In this document: positions 33,324 through 42,188 of the stretch, piece by piece
How positions within the stretch are numbered: position 1 is the stretch's first letter
Layout of the letters: every line of letters begins with the position of its first letter
Source of the DNA: a virus
Lineage: Duplodnaviria; Caudoviricetes
Direction: 5' to 3' (one strand)
DNA: 42,188 bases
Virus record (IMG/VR): IMGVR_UViG_3300012943_000016
Location: 1-42,188 of that record
The notes under the pieces: generated by a model
Databases searched by the model: none
Told to the model about the DNA's origin: nothing
What the model saw: only the letters and a program-made list of their open reading frames with translations
Translations under genes and position numbers: made by a program

Positions 33324-35635
33324 TAGGAGAAAAGTCCCGATTTTAAGAACGCGGCCTTGGCCTTTGTGGCGACGTAGCGCCATGTCACGACGCCGTCGCT
33401 CACCGCACCGGATGTGTGCGTGGGCGCGGTCGCGCCGCTCGTACCGTTGCTTTCGGCGCGATAGATTTTTCCGGCGTTCGCCACGTACCATCCTGAAAAG
33501 TACGCGGTCGACGTCGTCCAGTCGCCGCGCACCGCGTGGCCGGCTGTGAGGCATATCCAGCCGGAGGCCATGCCAGCGGTTCCCGAACGGCAAAGCACGC
33601 GTTCGCCAGCCTTCCACACGCCTTCGTTTGGCGCGAAATCCGCGTCCCAACTCTCGAATTGCTGCGGCTGCACCACACGGACCCTCTCCACCTCGAGTAC
33701 ATCCGCCAGCCACTGGATGAGCAATTGAGGCGTGCCCGTTCGCGGCCGATCCGCCGGCAGCTTTACCGTGATCAGCGAGGTGGAAACTTGGCCAGTCTCC
33801 ATCCCCCGCGTATTCAAAAATCCCCCATAGATATTGATGTCCGTGTTCCCAGCCGTGCGGTAGATGATATTCGCATAGCCTCCCGAGGTGAGCAATCGCC
33901 CCTCGATCGCCACACCGATCGTGTCGCAGAGTTGGTCGGGGATATTGAGCAACGTCGAGAACACCGGCGCGCTCTTGATGACATAGCGTCCCGAGTGCGC
34001 GGATACAGTCCAGGGATTATCCGTGACGTCCCCGATCACCGAAAAATTCGTGTAGTCGAAAAGCGAATCGTCCGCCACATCGCGGAATAGCACGCCCGGC
34101 TTGCGCGCATTTTCCATCGGCCAGAACGGGCTGTTACCGATCACTTTTCCGTGATTTGGGAAAAGATAGTTAACTGGCGGCTGATCAACCGTGAGGCCCG
34201 CGAGCGATGCGCTCATGTTGAGCTGATTACCCGCAAACACCCAGCCGCGGATGCGGTCCGAGGTGTAGTGGACGAGCGGCGTCGTCGCCACGCCGGAGTT
34301 GTCGAATCGGTTATCGCGTGTCACGCCGCCAAGCCCATCCGCCCAGTAGATGTGGCACGCGGCCGCCGTGTAGGTTTCGAAATAGTTGTCCTTGATCAGG
34401 TCGAAATTCGAATCGAGATGGAGCCCGCCGTAGCGCAGATTTCCGAGCACGTCGTTGTGGGCAAATAGCACCTGCGAGCCCCACGTTCCATCTCCCGATT
34501 TCACCCGGTGCAGATGCCGCGCGTTGAGAGTGAATCGATTGTGCTTAACCGAGCACAGGTCGCAGCCCTCTTGGAAGATCGCCACGCCGTAGCCCTGAAA
34601 GCGGCAATGCTCGATGGTCGCATCCACCAGCTTCGCCCATGCGATTGCCTGCCCATAACCCTGCAACGTCGCGAGCACCGGCAACGTGGCCGAGTTTGAG
34701 CTGGCATCGTCACCGCTCACATGCGGCCCGTTAAAATTCACATCCTTGATCCGCACCGCGAGCACCGCACGCTGCGGCGAGAACACGGTTGCGAAATCGC
34801 CGGATTGATTCAGGCGGATGCCGTTTTTCGCCGTGATGCTGAAATTTTCCAGGAGCATCGACGAGGTCACATCGCCGCCGCTGTCGAGGGGCGCCAGGTA
34901 TTCAAAAACCCAATCCGTATGTGTGGCGTGGATAATCACGCCCGTGCGGCTCTGCCCGATCAGGCGCGTATTCGCGCCAAGCGTGATCTTGGCGGATACC
35001 TTGTAGGTACCATTTGGCAGAAACACCGTGCCCGCGCCGGCCGCGGTGATGGCCGCTTGCAGCGCAGCCGTGTCGTCGGCAGTGTCATCGCCCACCGCCG
35101 CATATCCCTGCTTCACATCCAGTGGCAGATACGGTTTCGCCGTGATGCTCGCAAACGTGTGCCCGTGATCTCCCGCCGCCACCGTGCCCGCCGCCGTGCC
35201 CACATCCTTCGTCGCTGCATTGCCCAGCCCGATCGCCGCGCGCGCGGCGGTCTTTGCCGTCGCATCGCCGGCAAAAGCGCCCGTCCACCCGCGCTCATTG
35301 GAGAGTCGCGCATCATTGCCTTCACAAGCCGTGCCCGCCGTCGTGCCGAGCGCCACTCCCGCGGGGATGGCCAGCGCCGTGCGAGCCGCCTCCTGCGTCA
35401 CCCCATCCCCCAGCACACCATTCCATTTCCGCGCGTTACTCAGCCGCGAATCGATCGCCTGCACCACGCGGTTCGCGGTCGTCGCGCCGTCGCCGGCCAG
35501 CTGCACCGCGCCGGGCGCGGCCGTGGTGGCATCGGGCACGCTGGCCGAAGCCACCGTTTCCGCGTTATACGTCGCGGCCGGGATCGTATCGGTCGGCCCG
35601 TGCGTCGGCCGGTTCAGTGTGACGGTGGCTGGCAT
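33323..35635 (-). CDS. Tailspike with right-handed beta-helix (pectate-lyase-like) and C-terminal carbohydrate-binding-like module
   Basis: DVKQGYAAVGDDTADDTAALQAAI...VFLPNGTY, parallel beta-helix repeats, and WTTSTAY...GTSGATAPTH...DGVVTW. Confidence 0.85.
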   Translation of the reverse strand: MPATVTLNRPTHGPTDTIPAATYNAETVASASVPDATTAAPGAVQLAGDGATTANRVVQAIDSRLSNARKWNGVLGDGVTQEAARTALAIPAGVALGTTAGTACEGNDARLSNERGWTGAFAGDATAKTAARAAIGLGNAATKDVGTAAGTVAAGDHGHTFASITAKPYLPLDVKQGYAAVGDDTADDTAALQAAITAAGAGTVFLPNGTYKVSAKITLGANTRLIGQSRTGVIIHATHTDWVFEYLAPLDSGGDVTSSMLLENFSITAKNGIRLNQSGDFATVFSPQRAVLAVRIKDVNFNGPHVSGDDASSNSATLPVLATLQGYGQAIAWAKLVDATIEHCRFQGYGVAIFQEGCDLCSVKHNRFTLNARHLHRVKSGDGTWGSQVLFAHNDVLGNLRYGGLHLDSNFDLIKDNYFETYTAAACHIYWADGLGGVTRDNRFDNSGVATTPLVHYTSDRIRGWVFAGNQLNMSASLAGLTVDQPPVNYLFPNHGKVIGNSPFWPMENARKPGVLFRDVADDSLFDYTNFSVIGDVTDNPWTVSAHSGRYVIKSAPVFSTLLNIPDQLCDTIGVAIEGRLLTSGGYANIIYRTAGNTDINIYGGFLNTRGMETGQVSTSLITVKLPADRPRTGTPQLLIQWLADVLEVERVRVVQPQQFESWDADFAPNEGVWKAGERVLCRSGTAGMASGWICLTAGHAVRGDWTTSTAYFSGWYVANAGKIYRAESNGTSGATAPTHTSGAVSDGVVTWRYVATKAKAAFLKSGLFS

Positions 35636-35641
35636 GGCAGG

Positions 35642-35923
35642 TTATCCTTCGTTGTCGGGCATCGCCCAGGCTTCTTTGATTTTCTTCGCTGAGTAGGTGG
35701 ATTTGCCGAGCTTGCCCGCATCCTCGAGCGCGCGGTACCCCTTGAGCACTTCGGAGGCTTGGTGCTCGGTCTGGTTGATGCGTGGCGTCGAGATCCGCGA
35801 GGGTACCCTGCGCCGCTTCAAGACCACGCCGCCCTGCACGATCTCGTCGCGCAGCTGCGTCACGGCCATATACACATCGACCGTCAGCCCGGCCTCCGCG
35901 TTCTCAAATTCGTAGATCGGCAT
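35642..35923 (-). CDS. FmdB-like protein lacking zinc-ribbon cysteines
   Basis: MPIYEFEN...LKRRRVPS; no CxxC. Confidence 0.55.
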   Translation of the reverse strand: MPIYEFENAEAGLTVDVYMAVTQLRDEIVQGGVVLKRRRVPSRISTPRINQTEHQASEVLKGYRALEDAGKLGKSTYSAKKIKEAWAMPDNEG

Positions 35924-35930
35924 CGGAGTA

Positions 35931-36200
35931 TTAATAATCGCTGCCGCCGTCGGCATCCTCGGCCGCTTCGCGCACGGATTCATCCGTGCTCATCGCCGTC
36001 ATTTCAGGCAGCGGCTGCCCGTTGATCGCGGTCGGCTCGATAAAGGCCTTTCCGCCTTCGGAGCGCGTCACCTTGCCGCGCACCGTGAATTCGACCTCGT
36101 CGCCTGGCATCGGCTCCGCGCCGTCGATTGCGAGCAGCGCCGCCGGCACCGCTTGTTCGTGGGAAGCGCCGGGCATCGGCGCGGCTTCATTGGAAATCAT
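35931..36200 (-). CDS. Acidic hypothetical protein
   Basis: 89 aa, PGDEVEFTVRGKVTR...INGQP. Confidence 0.65.
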   Translation of the reverse strand: MISNEAAPMPGASHEQAVPAALLAIDGAEPMPGDEVEFTVRGKVTRSEGGKAFIEPTAINGQPLPEMTAMSTDESVREAAEDADGGSDY

Positions 36201-36211
36201 GGCGTTGTGTA

Positions 36212-36529
36212 TTATTGGGAGTGATACGATTCAAAAAATGGGCGCGGCTCCGGCGGAAATGTCTTCACGCCGCTCACCACGTCATAGCGAAACTGTCCCA
36301 CCCACGCGTAAAACGGGGACCGCATGACCATCTCGGCCCGCAGCCCCTTCACTTCGGTTTGCAGGTCGCTCACCGCGCGCTCGAGGTTCTTGGCATAGAC
36401 GACGCTCGTCGCGCTCGCGATCGCGAGCGTCGTGCAAAGCGTCACCAATTGCCCAAGCGGCAATTTCACGTAACGGCCGGTGCTGGCATCGGCCGCATAC
36501 GGTGGGCGGGAGTCAGTTTCGCGGGACAT
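36212..36529 (-). CDS. Single-TM coiled-coil membrane protein (lysis cluster)
   Basis: LGQLVTLCTTLAIASATSVV followed by a coiled coil. Confidence 0.6.
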   Translation of the reverse strand: MSRETDSRPPYAADASTGRYVKLPLGQLVTLCTTLAIASATSVVYAKNLERAVSDLQTEVKGLRAEMVMRSPFYAWVGQFRYDVVSGVKTFPPEPRPFFESYHSQ

Positions 36530-36556
36530 TGTTTTCGGGCTTCTGCGTGTTGGCGA

Positions 36557-36742
36557 TTAGCCCACCTGCCACTCAGGGCCGGCGAACTGGCCGTCGGCGC
36601 GCGCCTTCAGCGAATTGTATTTGGCCAGCAAAGCCGCCTGCTGCTCAGCGGAGATTTCCCCGTTGGCCTTCAGTTCGCTGAGCTTGGGGAGCAGTTCCTC
36701 GACGAGGGTCAGGGCTGCGTTGAGGATGACGACGGTGTTCAT
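36557..36742 (-). CDS. Small protein coupled to the lipoprotein gene
   Basis: 61 aa, ATGA overlap. Confidence 0.65.
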   Translation of the reverse strand: MNTVVILNAALTLVEELLPKLSELKANGEISAEQQAALLAKYNSLKARADGQFAGPEWQVG

Positions 36743-37140
36743 GACGTGGGTAGTTCAGGTTGATTCGCGGCGAGGTAGTTGGTGGCTTCGAGCAGAGCCG
36801 CGCGGAGCACGGCGAGAGAGGCTTGCAGCTTGTCCCTATTTTCCGCCGTCGGCGCGGAGGCGTACGCCTCGCGCAGCGCCACCGCCGAGCCGATCCAGAC
36901 CGGCGCGCCGGCGCGGATTTTATCCGCCGCCTTCTTGATCTGCGGTTTCGAGGCGAGCGCCGCGCGGTTCGTGTATTCAAATTTCACGAACGTATGCAGC
37001 ACATCGTAGCCGGTGGTGATCGCGGTATCGGCGCGGTAAAGGATTTCGTCCTGGTTGTAAGCGCCCGGAGCGAGTGTGCCGCAGGCGGTAAAAGCGGTCA
37101 TCAAGACGACCGCGCATAGCAGACTGATCAGTTTTTTCAT
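36739..37140 (-). CDS. Lipoprotein (possible spanin-like lysis protein)
   Basis: MKKLISLLCAVVLMTAFTA-C lipobox with a helical mature part. Confidence 0.7.
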   Translation of the reverse strand: MKKLISLLCAVVLMTAFTACGTLAPGAYNQDEILYRADTAITTGYDVLHTFVKFEYTNRAALASKPQIKKAADKIRAGAPVWIGSAVALREAYASAPTAENRDKLQASLAVLRAALLEATNYLAANQPELPTS

Positions 37141-37163
37141 GGGTTGTTTATGGGTGGGAAAAA

Positions 37164-37415
37164 TTAAGCCTCGTCCGCGATTTCCTCGACGTCCTCCTCC
37201 GGAGGCACCGGCGATTGCTTGAGGTACAGCGCCGCGCTGACCACCATCGAGACGACGGTAAAGTGCCAGAGCGACGGCCAGCCCTCGACGAAGTTAAACT
37301 TGGTTGGCTCGACGACCATCGCGGTCACGGCATTCGCGCCGCCGCCGATGATCGCCGCGCTGAGCCCGCGCAGCCAAAGCCGCCAGTTCGTGATTTTCCG
37401 GAGATGCTTCGTCAT
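37164..37415 (-). CDS. Holin-like two-TM protein
   Basis: Two hydrophobic segments, LYLKQSPVP, acidic tail. Confidence 0.55.
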   Translation of the reverse strand: MTKHLRKITNWRLWLRGLSAAIIGGGANAVTAMVVEPTKFNFVEGWPSLWHFTVVSMVVSAALYLKQSPVPPEEDVEEIADEA

Positions 37416-39769
37416 GGAAGCTCCTCCACTTTCCAATCCGTGACCGATGCATCATCTCCCCCGAAGCAGAGTCCGACTCGCGTGCAGCTGTCTGTATTCG
37501 TCCAGGATGCGACGAGCGCGCCGTTGATATACGCTTTATAGTCGTTCGCCGCGCCCTTGGTCAGCTTGATCGTAAAGGGTACCGTCAGCGAGTTCAGCGA
37601 TCCTGAGTAGCGGCTCGTGCCCGCGGCGGTATAGCCGCTGGCGTAGCTCTGCACTTGCACCGAATTGAAGACGCTCGCGAACTGGATCACTTGGCAGGCA
37701 TCGCTGCGGCCCCACGTAGACACGCCCGCCATCAAGCGGACGAAATTCGGTTGATAGCTCGTCGTGTTGTTTTGGACACTGATCACCGTGCACGACACCT
37801 GGTAGCTCGCGGAGCGGCCGATATCGATGCAGGTCGGCGTATCGTTCCCGCCCATGATTCGGCCGTCAGTCGTTCGATAGGCCCCCAGAATCGAGTTTTG
37901 TCCGGCATACGACTCGCCGCCAACCGGCGTCGTCGGCCATCCACGCGTCTCGAAAACGTGACCCGTATCATTGAAGGGCGCCGGCACGTCGTAGCCCTCA
38001 TGTGCGTTGCCGAGGTAGCGATTCACGCCGCTCGGATTGATCGCGCTCTCCAGCATGAGGATGCCCGGAGGCGGTGGCACTGTTGGATCAAGCGCCAGCT
38101 TGTAGCTCACCAAGTGGAGGCGATTATCCTCATAAAAAAACGCGAGATGGTCCCTCTTTCCATCCGTAGTCCACGTCGGCGCGCCGCCGGGAAAGTCGAA
38201 GTAGGATTCCGGGAACGTGATCGCGTGGGCACCCGCCGTCAGGCTCAGCCGGTAAAGCCCGCCCTCGCGCCCATTCTGGATCGCAAAATCCGCGTCCCCG
38301 GTGGCGATCACCTTCAGATGGGGTTGCGCGTCCAAGTCCCACAGCACTGTGCCAGTCGTGGTCGCGCTCTCCTGCAGGTTGGTGATCTTCGCCGCATTCG
38401 AGGCGATTGGATTGGCCGAGTAGATCGCGGGCGTCAGGTACGCGCCGGGCGTCGTGCCCGTTTCATGCGCTGGCGCCGTCGGTGTCGTTATGCCATTCTC
38501 AAATTGGAGCGCGATCTGGCGGGCAAACGCGATCGCGCCCGTATCCGTAATGTGGAGATGGTCGGACTGGATGTAGCCTCCGGCATCGCGGTCGCGGAAA
38601 ACCGCTTCGGAATCCACCAGCATGTCGTAGAGCTGCGGATTGCTTCGGATGAAAAGGTTCACGTCCCGCTTGCGCGCGCTCCATGTCAGATTTGTAACGT
38701 CAAACCGCTCATCACGATAGAGCGTCACCGCGCACACCTTGAATCCATCCGTCCTCGCCATCGCCCACAGCGCCGTGAGGCGCGAGGCGATCGTCGGCGC
38801 ATCCAGCGTCATGATGTCGTTCGTGCCGATCCAGATAAAAAGCCACGATTCTGTAATTCCCGCGTCACTACCGCCGTTGGCCGCCGGCCGGTGCGGTTTC
38901 ACATAAGTGTCGTAACGGTTATAAATGGAGTTGGTTGTTTCAGACGGGTTCGACGGATTGCCGATCACCGCTCCCGACACCGCCGACCGGTAAAAATTCC
39001 CCTTTCCGACGAAGGGCGCGTACGTCGCGAGATGAGGAAACCAGTACGCCGTGCCCGGATCGACGAGCGTATAGCCGCTCAGGCTGTCGCCCTCGCACAC
39101 AAAATTGGTCGTGGCCGTTGACCAACCCGACGTGATGCCGGCGTCACCAGCCGCCCCATCGGCCGCAGCGGTTATCCGGCCCTTCGCATCGACGGTGATA
39201 TTCGCTGCCGTGTAGCTGCCGGGCGTGACCGCAGTGTTTGCCAGCGTCGTTGCGACCGCGCCCGCCGATGTCGTGACGTCGCCAGTCAGCGCCGGCATCA
39301 GCGCGGCCGCCAGCGTGCCAGTGGTGATGTCGCTCGCGGCATGCGTGTGGCTGGCTGGTGCGAACGTGGAGGGTTTTCCGGTGACATTCGCCCAGCTTAC
39401 CGCGTCCGCCTCCTCCGCAAAATCGACACGCCCATCATCGTCCAAGTCGTAAGTGGCCTTGAACATGTCCCCGCCTCCGCCGCCTCCACCGGGCCAGGCA
39501 CTGCCATTCCACAGCGGCAACCCGCCGCTCTCCGTGATCTTATCCAGCGAGGTAAGATTGGCGTGTGTGTAGAGCCCGTCATCCGTCAGCGATAGGAGCG
39601 AACTCGCCGCGAGATTCTTGAAGGTAGATCGGAGCATGGCCGCCGTGATCGGCTGCCCACTCGCGAGATTCGTATCGATCTCGGTATAAAGATCGGTGCG
39701 CGTCTTTGCCGTCTGCGCGGTCAGCGCGAGCGGCATCAGCAGTGAAAGGAAAAGGAAGAAACGTTTCAT
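37412..39769 (-). CDS. Signal-peptide-bearing fibre-like protein with SGNH/GDSL hydrolase domain
   Basis: MKRFFLFLSLLMPLALTA-Q signal peptide, fibre repeats (WANVTGKPSTFAPASHTH; TPGSYTAANITVDAKGRITAA), and SGNH blocks GDSLS, SG, GTND and DHLH. Confidence 0.8.
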   Translation of the reverse strand: MKRFFLFLSLLMPLALTAQTAKTRTDLYTEIDTNLASGQPITAAMLRSTFKNLAASSLLSLTDDGLYTHANLTSLDKITESGGLPLWNGSAWPGGGGGGGDMFKATYDLDDDGRVDFAEEADAVSWANVTGKPSTFAPASHTHAASDITTGTLAAALMPALTGDVTTSAGAVATTLANTAVTPGSYTAANITVDAKGRITAAADGAAGDAGITSGWSTATTNFVCEGDSLSGYTLVDPGTAYWFPHLATYAPFVGKGNFYRSAVSGAVIGNPSNPSETTNSIYNRYDTYVKPHRPAANGGSDAGITESWLFIWIGTNDIMTLDAPTIASRLTALWAMARTDGFKVCAVTLYRDERFDVTNLTWSARKRDVNLFIRSNPQLYDMLVDSEAVFRDRDAGGYIQSDHLHITDTGAIAFARQIALQFENGITTPTAPAHETGTTPGAYLTPAIYSANPIASNAAKITNLQESATTTGTVLWDLDAQPHLKVIATGDADFAIQNGREGGLYRLSLTAGAHAITFPESYFDFPGGAPTWTTDGKRDHLAFFYEDNRLHLVSYKLALDPTVPPPPGILMLESAINPSGVNRYLGNAHEGYDVPAPFNDTGHVFETRGWPTTPVGGESYAGQNSILGAYRTTDGRIMGGNDTPTCIDIGRSASYQVSCTVISVQNNTTSYQPNFVRLMAGVSTWGRSDACQVIQFASVFNSVQVQSYASGYTAAGTSRYSGSLNSLTVPFTIKLTKGAANDYKAYINGALVASWTNTDSCTRVGLCFGGDDASVTDWKVEELP

Positions 39770-39978
39770 GGCGTGGTCTTGAAGTCGGACGGTGTAAAAT
39801 CGGGCGCGGCGAAATCGCCGCCGGCTGGCGAGCTCGTGGCGAAATCTTCTTCGGCAAAATCGGCGGAGGAAAAATCCCCGGCAGTTTCCCCCGGCACGAT
39901 CACATGCCGCACGACGGCACGCGCCTGGCCGATCACGAAGCGCTCGACAGTTCTGGGGCTTTGGGCGGAAGTCGGCAT
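39766..39978 (-). CDS. Small protein with periodic DF repeats
   Basis: GDFSSADFAEEDF...GDFAAPDFTPSDF; ATGA-coupled to the next gene. Confidence 0.65.
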   Translation of the reverse strand: MPTSAQSPRTVERFVIGQARAVVRHVIVPGETAGDFSSADFAEEDFATSSPAGGDFAAPDFTPSDFKTTP

Positions 39979-39989
39979 GGGTTCGGGTT

Positions 39990-40020
39990 AAAAGGTCCGG
40001 GGCGGCAGCCACCCCGGACC
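39990..40020 (-). terminator. Rho-independent terminator after the major capsid gene
   Basis: Minus strand GGTCCGGGGTGG-ctg-CCGCCCCGGACC-TTTT. Confidence 0.75.
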
Positions 40021-40059
40021 ATTGCACATCCTCACTACAAATCCGGCTATGTATCCGGA

Positions 40060-41067
40060 TTATGCGTACTGCGATTTCGTGCGCAGTGCGATGCCCCACG
40101 CCGGATTTAGGACGATGTTCGCCCAGTAGGCTTTCCAGCCCACGATGATCTTCTGATTCAGCGGGTCGCTCTTGTCGGGCTTGTCGTTCACGATGATCGT
40201 GGGTTTGCGCATCGAGGCACCCATCTTCTTCATGTTCACCGCGCCGAACGCGCCCTTGCCCAAAACGAAATTCGTGTAGATCAGGCCGGTGGTGTTCGTG
40301 CCCGCGCCGCTGAAGGTGCCCGCGTAGGTGCCCTCCGTCTCGTCCTCTTGGAAAGGCACGGTGCCTTCCACAAATTTGCAGCCCTGCCACTCGCCGATCT
40401 CACCTTTGAAGACCTTCGAGGCGTTGTTGTGCTTCACCACCTCGCGCCACTCGGTGCTGTTGAGGATGTCTCGGCTGGTCTGCGGGCACACGTAGGTCAC
40501 GTACCAGCCATCGATCTTCGGCGCGCGCGCGAGTTTCAGCTGCGTCATTGAGTCGAGCACGTCCACCGGCTTCAGGATCGAAGCCGCGAGCGAACCGGCC
40601 GCGAGCGCCGCAAAGTTCGCCATGCCATTCGTGTACCGCTTGCTCAAACCGGTGGTCGAATGGCACAGCGGATTGCGCAGGCGTGTTTCCACATCGAGCG
40701 CGAACTCCTCACCCATGAGGTCGATCGCGTTTTTCATGTAGTCGAACAGGCCGATATTGTCGGCGATGTCCGTCGTTTCCGATGTCTGGCCGATCTGGAT
40801 CAGCGTGCACGTGATCGGCGTGTAAGAGATGCCGCGGCGGGCCGTCGGCGCGACACCCTCCGTCAGCGTGGCCGGTGCGCCGGTGGCGGCTAGATTGGCG
40901 GTTTCCGGCCGGAAGAAGGTCACCTGGTTGGCACCGGATTTTGGCGCGAGCTCGGAGAGCTGCGCGTATTCCACAAGGCGCGTTTCTTGCACGGCTTTAT
41001 CGAGCAACTTCTTTTCGAAGTGCGGCTGGAGCGTATTGGCTACGTATGTACTGTCGATGACTGGCAT
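40060..41067 (-). CDS. Major capsid protein (N4-gp56-like)
   Basis: TLTEGVAP, FKGEIGEWQGCKFVE and SDPLNQKIIVGWK motifs. Confidence 0.92.
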   Translation of the reverse strand: MPVIDSTYVANTLQPHFEKKLLDKAVQETRLVEYAQLSELAPKSGANQVTFFRPETANLAATGAPATLTEGVAPTARRGISYTPITCTLIQIGQTSETTDIADNIGLFDYMKNAIDLMGEEFALDVETRLRNPLCHSTTGLSKRYTNGMANFAALAAGSLAASILKPVDVLDSMTQLKLARAPKIDGWYVTYVCPQTSRDILNSTEWREVVKHNNASKVFKGEIGEWQGCKFVEGTVPFQEDETEGTYAGTFSGAGTNTTGLIYTNFVLGKGAFGAVNMKKMGASMRKPTIIVNDKPDKSDPLNQKIIVGWKAYWANIVLNPAWGIALRTKSQYA

Positions 41068-41106
41068 GGTGGTTGTGCGGCTTTAACCGGCCGCGCGGTG
41101 TATTGG

Positions 41107-42105
41107 CTAATTGGATTCACCGCGGTCGGCCTTCATCGCCTGCTGGCGCACGAAGTCCTCCGCAGCATCGCCGCTGAGTTCGCCTATCCCCTTTCCGGGG
41201 CCGGGCGCTCCGGAGGGCGGCGGTGCCCCTCGAAGTCCTGTGAGTTTGGTCAGGCGATCGATTTCGGCTTTCGCCTTCGTCAGTTCGCCCTGCAGCGCAT
41301 CCGCTTTCCCCGCTCGCGCTGTGAGCAGTGCCACCTCATGCGCCACCTTGATCCCGTCCGGGTGAGCCTTGAAAAAGCGCCCGTAGTGAGGATGTCGGAT
41401 GTAGTCCATCGTCTGCTTGCCGACCGGGTCTGCCGGATCGTTCAGCGTCGGATGGGCCTGCACGAGTTCGGCCACGTTCTTGTTCCACTCGCCTTTCCAC
41501 TGCGGATCCTGAGTATGGTCGCCGGCCGCTTTCGCGGCGGCGGGTCGCTGCTGCTGCGCTTTCGCGCGCGCCTCAGAGGCCTTCTCGCGAGCCATCTGCG
41601 CCATCGCAGTGTTGCCCTCGTCCTCATACTGCTTCGCGGCCGCTTCGTACGCCTCCGCGCTCGGGCCTTGCGGCTCCGCTGGCGCGGCGGGTTGCTGGGT
41701 CTGCGTGCGTTGTTTTTGGTACTCCGCGCGCTCCTGCTCGAACTTGGCGACCTGCTGGCGGTGCGCCTCCTTTTCGTCCTGAAACTTTTTCCAGTTGGTC
41801 TCGTAGCGCGCCTTTTCCTTCTGCTTCTTCGTATAGTCGCTTTCAGGTTTGGCGGGCTTGTCGGCCTTCGGTTTCGCTTCAGGTTTCTCGGTGGCGGCAC
41901 TCCGGGTATCCGTCTCGCCCGTGTCACTCTCCGCATCCTCGCGGCCCTTGTCGGCGGGCTGGCCGTTGTCTGGCGAGGCTTCGGTATCGTTTTCGGGCGT
42001 GTCAGTATCCGCGACCGCCTGCGGCGGCTCCCCGGCATCGGCGCGGAGGGCTGCACTGCGAACGTCGTCTTCGGATGCGATATCTATCGTGGCTGTATCT
42101 GGCAT
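41107..42105 (-). CDS. Capsid scaffolding protein
   Basis: Acidic, low-complexity N-terminus plus coiled coil, immediately upstream of the major capsid gene. Confidence 0.75.
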   Translation of the reverse strand: MPDTATIDIASEDDVRSAALRADAGEPPQAVADTDTPENDTEASPDNGQPADKGREDAESDTGETDTRSAATEKPEAKPKADKPAKPESDYTKKQKEKARYETNWKKFQDEKEAHRQQVAKFEQERAEYQKQRTQTQQPAAPAEPQGPSAEAYEAAAKQYEDEGNTAMAQMAREKASEARAKAQQQRPAAAKAAGDHTQDPQWKGEWNKNVAELVQAHPTLNDPADPVGKQTMDYIRHPHYGRFFKAHPDGIKVAHEVALLTARAGKADALQGELTKAKAEIDRLTKLTGLRGAPPPSGAPGPGKGIGELSGDAAEDFVRQQAMKADRGESN

Positions 42106-42188
42106 ATGGTTACGGGATATGTTGTTCGAGTCCGCGCGCTCCCGTGTCGGCGCTCGTCTCGGCTTCACCCGTCTCCGTGAGGGTGATC
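42066..42188. repeat. Terminal direct repeat (right copy)
   Basis: Identical to 1..123. Confidence 0.95.

Overview
The window looks like a complete, circularised ~42,065-bp temperate phage genome with podovirus-like structural genes. It is GC-rich, and bases 1-123 are identical to 42066-42188. Almost all genes are on the - strand: scaffold, major capsid, lysis/membrane cluster, tailspike, tail tube/nozzle, ejection proteins and a 2904-aa polyvalent protein. Next come an attP carrying the 3' half of tRNA-Arg(CCG), a tyrosine integrase, a divergent XRE repressor switch, and an early/replication operon, followed by TerS, TerL and portal. The main discovery is at 4745-8859: an array of 11 integron-type gene cassettes delimited by 11 attC-like sites. 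In 9 of 11 cassettes the R'' heptamer is the exact complement of the R' at the cassette's own start, which is the footprint of circular-cassette integration. All cassette genes are antisense to the canonical orientation, and every gene stops inside the neighbouring attC. Most start inside their own attC, and 8 cross the recombination point in the same reading frame. I found no IntI in the genome, so the phage may borrow a host integron integrase to shuffle its early-operon genes (inference). A second modular system lies inside the giant protein: two near-identical DNA-repeat-flanked slots hold unrelated payload domains, including two ADP-ribosyltransferase-like ones. All family calls come from motif recognition by eye, not from database searches.
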